IMG/VR virus record: IMGVR_UViG_3300043449_002292
Location: 64,001-128,000 of that record
Direction: 5' to 3' (one strand)
Source of the DNA: a virus
Length of the DNA: 64,000 nt
Shown in pieces: positions 35,052-42,896 of this stretch. Under the pieces are notes generated by a model, which was not told the DNA's origin, ran no database searches, and saw only the letters and a program-made list of their open reading frames with translations. The stretch's first letter is position 1, and every line of letters starts with the position of its first letter. A program made the translations under genes and the position numbers.

Positions 35052-35522
35052 TCAGTTGCCTGCGAAGACTAGTGATCCGCTGCTCGTGAGAACGCAGAAG
35101 TTCAGACCATCAGAGATGAGGGAGACAGAGCTGCCTACCACAGTCTCAAGGCTTACCTTGCTGCCCTTGCTGTTGGGACTTGCGACTATGAACTTTCCAA
35201 GATTCGCAGCGGCAGTTCCCGTGAGAAAGTGCTGCTGACCTGCAGATCCTGCAGTTCTGAAGACGATCACACCGCCTGGGATCGTGGACGGTGCGGGTAG
35301 ATACACGCCGGCCGCGGTAGCGTTATTGATGGTGTAAACCCCTGGATAGGTTATCGAACCTGACGCGGCGACCACCTGCGCTGTCGAATACGGCGTGTTC
35401 GTCATTGAAACATCGCTGTTGAAAGTTGCTGTTGAGTTGAAGCTTGACGACACCTGAACCGTTAGTCCAGTTCCTGAGGATGAATCGACAGTGCCACGTC
35501 CATCTATTGTTGTGCTTGCCAT
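35052..35522 (-). CDS. Small beta-rich virion protein (head decoration/fibre-like), putative
   Basis: Ser/Thr/Gly-rich, VYLPAP...G.VIVFR...SVSLISDGLNF pattern; right after the capsid gene; SD AAGGAG; ATATTTAG motif. Confidence 0.6.
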   Translation of the reverse strand: MASTTIDGRGTVDSSSGTGLTVQVSSSFNSTATFNSDVSMTNTPYSTAQVVAASGSITYPGVYTINNATAAGVYLPAPSTIPGGVIVFRTAGSAGQQHFLTGTAAANLGKFIVASPNSKGSKVSLETVVGSSVSLISDGLNFCVLTSSGSLVFAGN

Positions 35523-35587
35523 TTTGAAAATCTCCTTTATTTGGACCTAACGCCGTCGATCGACGACACATTCTAAATATACTTCGA

Positions 35588-35620
35588 AAACTAAAATGGC
35601 CACCTCTTTCGAGGTGGCCA
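35588..35620 (-). terminator. Intrinsic terminator after the major capsid gene
   Basis: TGGCCACCTC-GAAA-GAGGTGGCCA followed by TTTTAGTTT. Confidence 0.9.
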
Positions 35621-35647
35621 CCCTAGTTCACCCTATCGGCTAGAACA

Positions 35648-37567
35648 TCAGATGATGTTCATGTCGAGGCAGGTGACCGTTCCGTAGAAGTCGGAGCGGA
35701 CCATCTTCTTGCCGTAGCGGGTCATGACACCCTTACGCGGCGTGAAGTCCTCGGGAGCGAAGATCGTCGGGGTGACGATGAGCGGGACGTAAGGAGCGTA
35801 GACGTAGCCAGTCTCCAGGTAGCTGCCGCCCTTGAAGCCGACGAGAATCTTGTTCCTGGGGAAGTAAGGATCCTTGTAGACCGTGAAGCGGTTGCTGAGG
35901 GTGCCGACCTTCTCCGCGCCGATCGAGAACGGGGCGCCGACCTGACCGGAACCGTCGATGCTGTAGCTCGGGCGGTAGTAGGTCGAGGCCTCGAGGATCG
36001 TCGCGACGTCCGGGCCGACAACGATGAAGTTGGCGGAGCCGCGGAGGGTCTTGCGGTGGATCTCGTTACCGACGTCGATGATCGTCTCGGTGAGGGTCTC
36101 ATACCACTCACGGACCGTGCCGGTGAAGTTCGGGCCCGGAGCGGTGGTGGAGGCGCGGCTGATCTCAGCGCCGGTGGTCTTGTTGACGAACCTGCCCGGG
36201 GCGCGTGACCAGAAGTAGTTCGCACCCGACGCCTGCGTGAGCAGGTCGTTCAGGATCTCACGATCGAGCTCGAGGGCGATCTGCTCGGAGAGGATCTGGG
36301 TGAGCTCAACCTCAGCGTCGATGCTGTGGTAAGCGTTCAGGTCCTGCGCGAGCTCCGGAGACCAGCGAGCGCGGAGCTTGCGGGTCGTCGCGGTGACGGC
36401 GATGGACTCGATCTTGATGTCGATCTCGGGGATGACCGGGGAGGGGGTCGTGCCGAAGTTCGACTCGAAGACCGGGATGGTCACGGTGGAGCCAGTGGTG
36501 CTCTCAACGTCGAGCGCCGAGTTCAGCGGGTAGCTGATCTTGAGCGAGCTCGCGTAGCCACCATCGGTGTCGAGCTTCGGAAGAAGGTTCGAGGCCGAGA
36601 TGACGCAGAGCATGTGGGTTCCGGACAGCGGGGTCGCGGTGAACACCTTCGAGCTGTTGTTCCAAGTTCCAACCTGGTTGAGACGACGGATGTTGAGGAC
36701 GCTGTTACCACCCTGGAAGGTCTCGCCCGGGATCAGGAGACCCGGGACGGTGCCAGTCGTGAAGATCGCGAAGTCCTTAACGAGCGACTGGTCGGAACCA
36801 GTGAGCTGTCCGAGATCGACAACGAGGAACTTGAAGAAGGCATCGCCGTCGGCAAGACCAGCGGGCTTCGGTGAGCTCTCGATGAGGCTGGTGACCTGCG
36901 GATCGAATCCGAGGAGGCGACCATCGGTTCCTGTGGCGTGGAGGTTCGCACGGGCCGTGAAGGCACCGGCGCCGCTGTAACCACCGGAGGCAACGATCTG
37001 AGCGGCGTTCAGCACGAAGTCGGCGTGAACGCGGCTGTAACCGGCGCCGGCGAGATCATACATACCACCGGTCGCAAGAGAGCCGCTCTGGACGCCCTTA
37101 CCAACAGGGTTGTTGTAGATCGACTGACCGACGGTGTAGGTCGACTTGGTGGAAGCCGTTCCAGCTCCGTCAACGCCAGCATCACCACCGCGGTTGGTGC
37201 CGTAGGTGTAATCCAGGTAGAAGAGGAGACCGGAGGGGAGGCTCATCGGCTGGATCGAGACGAGCTCGTTCGCCACGAGGCCGCCGAAGACGCGGCGGAC
37301 GATGGGGAACGCGATGTTCGAGAAGCCGCGGATGTCGCTGCCGCCTGAGGAGAGAGAGCCACCGCCGCTGGAGAGAGCGTTGCTCTCGCGGAGGAGGTTG
37401 GCGGTCTGGTTCTCGAGGAGGCGAGCCATGTTCTCGCGATTGACTCCATCGAGGCCACGAAGCAGGCCGGTGCGGCCCCACTTCTCGACGAGGCGGCTGT
37501 TCTCCGCCCCGACGTCACGCCCGCGGATGCCTTCCGAGAGCTGCTCTAGTGTAAAAGACTTAGACAT
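35648..37567 (-). CDS. gp23: Major capsid protein (T4 gp23-like)
   Basis: MARLLENQ, PIVRRVF..LVANELVSIQPMSLPSGLLF, TRKLRARWSPELAQDLNAYH.IDAE.EL, YAPYVPL, FTPRKGVMTRYG. Confidence 0.97.
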   Translation of the reverse strand: MSKSFTLEQLSEGIRGRDVGAENSRLVEKWGRTGLLRGLDGVNRENMARLLENQTANLLRESNALSSGGGSLSSGGSDIRGFSNIAFPIVRRVFGGLVANELVSIQPMSLPSGLLFYLDYTYGTNRGGDAGVDGAGTASTKSTYTVGQSIYNNPVGKGVQSGSLATGGMYDLAGAGYSRVHADFVLNAAQIVASGGYSGAGAFTARANLHATGTDGRLLGFDPQVTSLIESSPKPAGLADGDAFFKFLVVDLGQLTGSDQSLVKDFAIFTTGTVPGLLIPGETFQGGNSVLNIRRLNQVGTWNNSSKVFTATPLSGTHMLCVISASNLLPKLDTDGGYASSLKISYPLNSALDVESTTGSTVTIPVFESNFGTTPSPVIPEIDIKIESIAVTATTRKLRARWSPELAQDLNAYHSIDAEVELTQILSEQIALELDREILNDLLTQASGANYFWSRAPGRFVNKTTGAEISRASTTAPGPNFTGTVREWYETLTETIIDVGNEIHRKTLRGSANFIVVGPDVATILEASTYYRPSYSIDGSGQVGAPFSIGAEKVGTLSNRFTVYKDPYFPRNKILVGFKGGSYLETGYVYAPYVPLIVTPTIFAPEDFTPRKGVMTRYGKKMVRSDFYGTVTCLDMNII

Positions 37568-37623
37568 TTTGTTTACTCCAATTTGGAAAATTTGTTAGAA
37601 AAACCGATTAAACCAACGGGCAA

Positions 37624-39405
37624 TCACTTACCCGACTTGATACCTGCGAGGATTGCCCAGCGATCCACCTCGACGGATTCATTCAGGCTAGCAGCGGGGC
37701 TAGCTGACCGCGTCGATCTGGAGGACGAACCAAGGATCCGACCCTCAGTCATCGTGCCTGACTTCGACTTGAGGGACTCAGTCAGGCTGGTGTAGAGAAG
37801 CTTCGCCTCCCGCACCGACTTCGCAGCATCGAGCGACTCAACGATCGCCCTCTGCTGACGTGGGGTGAGGTCCCGGTTCTGCATCAGCTTATTGACATAG
37901 AGAAGCTTCGCATTGAACAGGTTGACCTCCTCGAGCTGCTCGCGTAGTGTGGAAACAGCGCGCTCAGACTCAGCGAGCTTAGCCTTGAGAGCACGATTCG
38001 TGCGTGCCTCCTCGACCCTGGCCTCTCGCTCTTCCTTCGCGGCGTCGGTTGCCTTCTTGGCAACTTCGAGCGCCTTGCGGGCGGTCTTCTCGGCCTCACC
38101 GAGCTGATTCAGCTCGTCGGGAAGGCCTTCGACGGAACCACCACCAAAATTACCGGGCATCGCGTCCTTGATGCCCTTCGCGTTCTTGCCCTTGGAGCTC
38201 TTCGCCTCACGAAGGCGACGGAGCTCACGGCGGAGCATGGACTCATCGACGTGGAAGACGTTCTCGTTCTGCTCGGCAGCATCGACATCAGCGATCTCCT
38301 CGAGCTCATCCTCATCCTCGTCGTACATCTCTTCGAGATCGGTGTCGTCATCCTCCTCGAGCTCGTCGTACTCCTCCTCGAGGTCGTCATCATACTCGTC
38401 CATGTCGTACTCCTCAAGGTCGTCATCATACTCGTCCATGTCGTACTCTGACGGAGCGGGCGGCTCCGGAGCGGGTTCAGGAGCTGCAGGAGCACCAGCA
38501 CCGGTGTCAGCAACGTCAACTGGCATCTCTTCGCCAGCAGCAGCGGCATCCTCCTCACCGAGATCAACGCTGAAGCTCATCGCCTTCAGCTTCTCCTTCA
38601 CCGTATCATCGAGACCCTCGAGATCCATGGGCTCGAAAACAAGCTTCGCCTCACGACGAAGACCACGATTGGATCTTCCCTCCATTTCCTCCAGGAGGCG
38701 ACGGAACCTCGCGTTTGTTGACATATGCTTCATCTCCTTAACTATGTTGTTGAACTTTTGCCTGGTCTCAGGACTACCACCATTAGATATCACCTGATCC
38801 CTGAAATCATGCATGTTTTTCAGCAGAATTGAATAGGCTGCGCGGAAGTTTGATCCCTCCGTCAGCGGTAACGTTCTCGAGACTCTCTTGAGAGCCTCAA
38901 ACTGACGACGAATCTGGCCGATCGATACCCTGTCACGACGACGCTCACCGAGTATCATGTCGGCAAGAGCTCCGAGGCTCTCCTTGTTGAGAGACACCTC
39001 AACGTCGTCACCTTCAGCAGCGTCAGCTTCCGTGGAGGCCGATGCCTCGCCGTGCTTGTCAACGCGAACGTTGATCTTCACCTCGGTTCCTGAGGCGGTC
39101 TTCGTTGTGACAGTGTGCGTGACCTCCTCGTCGGGATCAGGAGCCGGTGCGCCAGCAGACGTGTCCATACCCGTCATAGGTGCAGCTGACGTTGCATCCA
39201 TCGTTCCGTCGTCTGGTAGCGGCTCAAGATCGAGGTTCGGAGCTTCCTCACCGGTCTCCTCGTCCTGTTCAGCAAGCATCTGGCGTTCGACCATCCGACG
39301 GATCTGCGGTGAGATCGACTCAATGATCTTATTTCTCGCGTTTCTCTCAGCCATCTCCTTCAGAGCTTTGGCATCAGAAATCGCTTCGTCATACAGGTTC
39401 GGCAT
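37624..39405 (-). CDS. Prohead core scaffold protein (gp22-like position) with highly acidic central region
   Basis: Directly upstream of the capsid gene; coiled coils, LEEVNLFNAKLLYVNKL, many hydrophobic-X-E sites, ends RWAILAGIK. Confidence 0.75.
   Translation of the reverse strand: MPNLYDEAISDAKALKEMAERNARNKIIESISPQIRRMVERQMLAEQDEETGEEAPNLDLEPLPDDGTMDATSAAPMTGMDTSAGAPAPDPDEEVTHTVTTKTASGTEVKINVRVDKHGEASASTEADAAEGDDVEVSLNKESLGALADMILGERRRDRVSIGQIRRQFEALKRVSRTLPLTEGSNFRAAYSILLKNMHDFRDQVISNGGSPETRQKFNNIVKEMKHMSTNARFRRLLEEMEGRSNRGLRREAKLVFEPMDLEGLDDTVKEKLKAMSFSVDLGEEDAAAAGEEMPVDVADTGAGAPAAPEPAPEPPAPSEYDMDEYDDDLEEYDMDEYDDDLEEEYDELEEDDDTDLEEMYDEDEDELEEIADVDAAEQNENVFHVDESMLRRELRRLREAKSSKGKNAKGIKDAMPGNFGGGSVEGLPDELNQLGEAEKTARKALEVAKKATDAAKEEREARVEEARTNRALKAKLAESERAVSTLREQLEEVNLFNAKLLYVNKLMQNRDLTPRQQRAIVESLDAAKSVREAKLLYTSLTESLKSKSGTMTEGRILGSSSRSTRSASPAASLNESVEVDRWAILAGIKSGK
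38374..38448. repeat. 36 bp tandem repeat, two copies (35/36 identical), encoding YDMDEYDDDLEE
   Basis: ctcctc(g/a)aggtcgtcatcatactcgtccatgtcgta at 38374-38409 and 38410-38445. Confidence 0.95.
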
Positions 39406-39424
39406 GTTGTATCCCTACGCTCAA

Positions 39425-39432
39425 TTAACTAT
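39425..39432 (-). promoter_or_regulatory. Putative late promoter for the scaffold-capsid operon
   Basis: ATAGTTAA 19 nt upstream of scaffold ATG 39405. Confidence 0.7.
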
Positions 39433-39439
39433 ATCGTTC

Positions 39440-40021
39440 TCAGTCTTTTTCGAGGTCCTGCTGCAAATGAATTGCTCTGATCAGCCGACGAAGTCTTGAC
39501 ATCGTGAGCTCATCAGGACCAGGTATCTCCTCGAGAGTGTATGCCGGCTCCATCGAACCTGCATCTCGCAGGGGCAATGAGCTGGAGTATCCTGCTTTCG
39601 ATCCGGCAAGAGATATTCTAGCCGGGGCAGGACGGATCGAGGGTCCATCAGCTCCAACTCCGAGGACCCCCTGCTTGTTCTTATAGAGGTCTGGGATTGG
39701 TGACATTCCACGACCCGTCGTCTGCTCATGCATCCAGAAATCAGCTCCGACGAATCGACGGTTATCCGCAGCACGATCAGCATACGAGTCCCAGCGAATG
39801 TGACCCTGTCCCGCCTTATTACCTATCGCGACCTGCTGTAGGAGATCGTCCTCATCCTCTAGCTCGTCCTCGTCATCTACATCGCAGGCAGGCTCTTCAA
39901 TGTAAGGCCATGATGATTGACCCATACGTGGTAAATCACGACGCCCGTCCGTGCCGTATCCCAGGCCGGTGCGGGCGTCGTAGTTTGGATTGTTAGCTTC
40001 TCTGATCCGTCGACGTGACAT
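39440..40021 (-). CDS. Hypothetical head-cluster protein
   Basis: 193 aa, acidic patch, C-terminal MSRLRRLIRAI helix. Confidence 0.7.
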   Translation of the reverse strand: MSRRRIREANNPNYDARTGLGYGTDGRRDLPRMGQSSWPYIEEPACDVDDEDELEDEDDLLQQVAIGNKAGQGHIRWDSYADRAADNRRFVGADFWMHEQTTGRGMSPIPDLYKNKQGVLGVGADGPSIRPAPARISLAGSKAGYSSSLPLRDAGSMEPAYTLEEIPGPDELTMSRLRRLIRAIHLQQDLEKD

Positions 40022-40026
40022 GATGA

Positions 40027-40572
40027 TTACGTCGTGGGATCGCCGTCAGCGCCTGGGTTGGTGGCCCACGCCTCGCTCTGCCCCAGCGTTCCGATCGGTC
40101 CTGAGACGTCGATCGTTGTGGTCGCGATCTGAGCCGCTGTTGCACTCGGCGTGACTGTATCGACCGTGCCCCCCGTTCCGAAGTTATCGTTCGCGGCGAC
40201 TGCAGTTCCACCAGCAGCAACGACAGAAGACCCCTCACCACCGGTAGGGTCGCTGTTGACAATGAGGTTCGGGTAGTAGGGAGAGTCGATCGCAACGCCG
40301 TTGATATCAGTGATAGAGCTAACATCAGGTGCGCCTGTGTAATCCATATCGACGGACGGAAACTGCACAGCATCACCCTCCTGCACGGCGGGCTGAAGCA
40401 GATCCCGAGCAGTGGTGAGATAATCACTGGCTAACGTCGTGTAGATCGGGGAGTTCGGAAACATCGCATTCAGAGTCATAGTATCAGAGTTTGATAGTCC
40501 GACCGTACCGCCCGCAGTCAAGGTCGTGCGGGCGGTAATCGGCGAGTTGATTGTTGGATACTTTCCTGGCAT
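40027..40572 (-). CDS. Hypothetical head-cluster virion protein
   Basis: 181 aa Thr/Gly/Pro-rich, SD GAGGGG, ATAGTTAG motif. Confidence 0.75.
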   Translation of the reverse strand: MPGKYPTINSPITARTTLTAGGTVGLSNSDTMTLNAMFPNSPIYTTLASDYLTTARDLLQPAVQEGDAVQFPSVDMDYTGAPDVSSITDINGVAIDSPYYPNLIVNSDPTGGEGSSVVAAGGTAVAANDNFGTGGTVDTVTPSATAAQIATTTIDVSGPIGTLGQSEAWATNPGADGDPTT

Positions 40573-40607
40573 GATATTCCCCTCTTTGCTCTCTAACTAT
40601 TGTCCTA

Positions 40608-40916
40608 CTAAATTTCCTCGAGGATATCAGCGCGGAGCTCCTGACGAGCCTCGTTAACCTCGGACAGACGACGTGCAAGCTCGACTGCCTCGCGCTGCAG
40701 GTTCTCGTAGTGCTTCACCTTCTTGGCCAGCGTGCCAGCAAGCTCGGAGGGCTGCACCTCACGGGTCTTCTTGACCGCGTCCTTCATGTCCTTGGGCATG
40801 TCCGTGGAGGTAGACTTCGCCTTCTTTCCCTTCTTCTTCTCCTTCATAACCCTGGACTTCTCCTCCATGATGATTCTGCGGAGAATGCTGGGTGTGAGAT
40901 TCACGATTCTTGACAT
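40608..40916 (-). CDS. Small basic/coiled-coil head-cluster protein (prohead core-like)
   Basis: LTPSILRRIIMEEK, Lys-rich patch, coiled coil; SD AGGAG; ATAATTAA motif. Confidence 0.75.
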   Translation of the reverse strand: MSRIVNLTPSILRRIIMEEKSRVMKEKKKGKKAKSTSTDMPKDMKDAVKKTREVQPSELAGTLAKKVKHYENLQREAVELARRLSEVNEARQELRADILEEI

Positions 40917-40965
40917 CTTCGTAGCTCCTATAAGGCTCAGATGTTAATTATCCCTAACAAACAGT

Positions 40966-41451
40966 CTACATCGACTTTTTTGAAGGAGCAAACGCAAGAT
41001 CAGCCCAACTCGACGCTCCATCGAAAAGTGACATTGGATCAACGTCAGCCACGGGAGACATTGAATCAGCACGAACAGCCATCGCAGCGCCTGGGGAACG
41101 TTCAGCCTGCATCTGGCTGGGTAGTGTATTCCTCGCGGTGTCCTCGAATATCTGCTGCATCACACCCTGCTGCTCACGGGGAAACTCAGCCGCCAGGTTC
41201 GCAATAGCTGGCATCGGCGCGCGGCGACCTTGCGCCTGCTCAGCTATCTTGGAAGCTCCAGCCGAGAATGTGACGCTGTCCAGATGCTTTTTCCCGACAG
41301 GTAAAGGAGAGGGTGCCCGTTCAGGCCTACGTGCCGGTGTTTCCCTGCTAGAACGTGAGCTCTCGTTGATAGTTGGTTTCAAACCCTCTATCATGACCTC
41401 AAGGATACACTCCTTGATTATGTCCTTCAGCTCTGATCTCGAAAGCGCCAT
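40966..41451 (-). CDS. Hypothetical head-cluster protein
   Basis: MALSRSELKDIIKECILEV...INE; immediately after the protease gene. Confidence 0.75.
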   Translation of the reverse strand: MALSRSELKDIIKECILEVMIEGLKPTINESSRSSRETPARRPERAPSPLPVGKKHLDSVTFSAGASKIAEQAQGRRAPMPAIANLAAEFPREQQGVMQQIFEDTARNTLPSQMQAERSPGAAMAVRADSMSPVADVDPMSLFDGASSWADLAFAPSKKSM

Positions 41452-41452
41452 C

Positions 41453-42067
41453 TTACTTCTTCCATGTTAGAATATCGTTGAATATTCTATCGATCCGATC
41501 GCTTCGATTAAATGTTCTTGAGAGTTCGTTCTGCTTTACCTGACGACCTTCACGCATCATGAAAGCGCCGGGGGTTGAAGGTTCGGACACGAAATCCCAG
41601 CAGATGAGCTGAAAGTCGTCCTGAACGATCTGATGCTCGCCTGACTTCCGGGTTGAACCGACGCCTCGTGAGGAGATACCGAGCGTGACCCCAGCCTCGA
41701 CGAGGCTCTGAAGTATCTTGCCGCAGGGGGTGTCGAGTATCTCGACGGTCCCGTAGCAGACGTTGCCCTCCATGTAGGCTTCACGGACGATGTGGCTCAC
41801 CTTCTTCAGCTCAACGACAGAGGAGTCCGGATGATCACATTCACCCAACGCGCGACTCTCACGAATGAACTTCTGGTAGTTGCGAACCTCTCGCTCCAGG
41901 ATATCCTTTGGATAAACGCGACCGTTCTGGTTCAGGGTCTCCGCCTTCTGGAGGATACCTTTCATGATGAGTTTACCACCGTTCTGATCGCGGCTCTCCT
42001 TGACCATCTTGGAATCATAGGAGAACGGAGCCCACTCGGTGAGCAGCATTAGGGATCTATCACTCAT
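41453..42067 (-). CDS. gp21: Prohead core protease (T4 gp21-like)
   Basis: NQNGRVYP, GECDHP, VSH, TPCG.IL, GISSRGVGS, DFVSEPSTPGA. Confidence 0.95.
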   Translation of the reverse strand: MSDRSLMLLTEWAPFSYDSKMVKESRDQNGGKLIMKGILQKAETLNQNGRVYPKDILEREVRNYQKFIRESRALGECDHPDSSVVELKKVSHIVREAYMEGNVCYGTVEILDTPCGKILQSLVEAGVTLGISSRGVGSTRKSGEHQIVQDDFQLICWDFVSEPSTPGAFMMREGRQVKQNELSRTFNRSDRIDRIFNDILTWKK

Positions 42068-42896
42068 CTTTAGTCTCCATCTCCTGATACAGTTGCGTCA
42101 GCTGCATGAACTTAACAATCCCGGCGTCGTCCAGTGAACGTGGGTCGGCGGATTCGACCATCGTTTTTACCCCGTCGAGCTTCTCCAGCAGAACTCCGTT
42201 GTCGGTGGATTCCTTTAACCTGCTCAGGCCACGCAGTGCCCGCCTCTTGATGCTCTCGAGCATATTCTCATCGACTCTACCGTGAACGTAATCACGTATC
42301 AGGGCTTTCTGAGTTTCATTCAGCTTGTCACCCCACTTCTTCTCGAACTTCTCGTTCATGACCCTCACGGTGAGAGAATTTACGTCCTTCGTGGTGAGGT
42401 CATCAATAACAACTGGTTCGGACTTCTCACGTCGCATCCACTCGAGAAGCTTGCCCTCATATTCAACGACTCGAGTGAGGTCAGATTCATCCTCACGACG
42501 CCAGTCGTTTAAAAGGGTCTGTAGGGTCGCGTATAGACGATACTCTCTCACCGGTTGATTGAAGAAGCTATCATCGTTTAGCGTCTTATTAATTTCTCGA
42601 ATCAGAGCCGACTTTTCAACCTCAAGCTGCCTTGGAGAGAATATATGAACTCCACGACGAGCCTCCTGTATCAACCGAAGTCCAAGGCTTTCAGACCTCA
42701 CTGTCGTGTTGAGGAGAGCTTGAAAGAGACGAAATTCCTTAAAAATTTCAGTCCCAGGCTTGAAGTGCTTCTTGATTATTGAGGTGCACTTATTAGCAGT
42801 GGCAAGATCATTGTCAATCAACGCAGCAGAAGCCCTAAGGAGCAGCTGCTCGTAAATGATTCCTACGTTTCTTTTCTTGTTATGCTGGTTACTCAT
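42060..42896 (-). CDS. Hypothetical head assembly protein between portal and protease
   Basis: 278 aa helical protein, HNKKRNVGIIYEQL N-terminus, overlaps both neighbours. Confidence 0.75.
   Translation of the reverse strand: MSNQHNKKRNVGIIYEQLLLRASAALIDNDLATANKCTSIIKKHFKPGTEIFKEFRLFQALLNTTVRSESLGLRLIQEARRGVHIFSPRQLEVEKSALIREINKTLNDDSFFNQPVREYRLYATLQTLLNDWRREDESDLTRVVEYEGKLLEWMRREKSEPVVIDDLTTKDVNSLTVRVMNEKFEKKWGDKLNETQKALIRDYVHGRVDENMLESIKRRALRGLSRLKESTDNGVLLEKLDGVKTMVESADPRSLDDAGIVKFMQLTQLYQEMETKDE

Noticed and set aside
20441-35620. Shared TGGCCAC...GTGGCCA arms in two terminators as a mobile repeat family
   Set aside because: Only two copies with 7 bp in common and different loops; adequately explained as ordinary terminators.
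38374-38448. 36 bp repeats as a CRISPR array
   Set aside because: The copies are directly adjacent with no spacers, are in frame within a coding region, and no cas genes are present.
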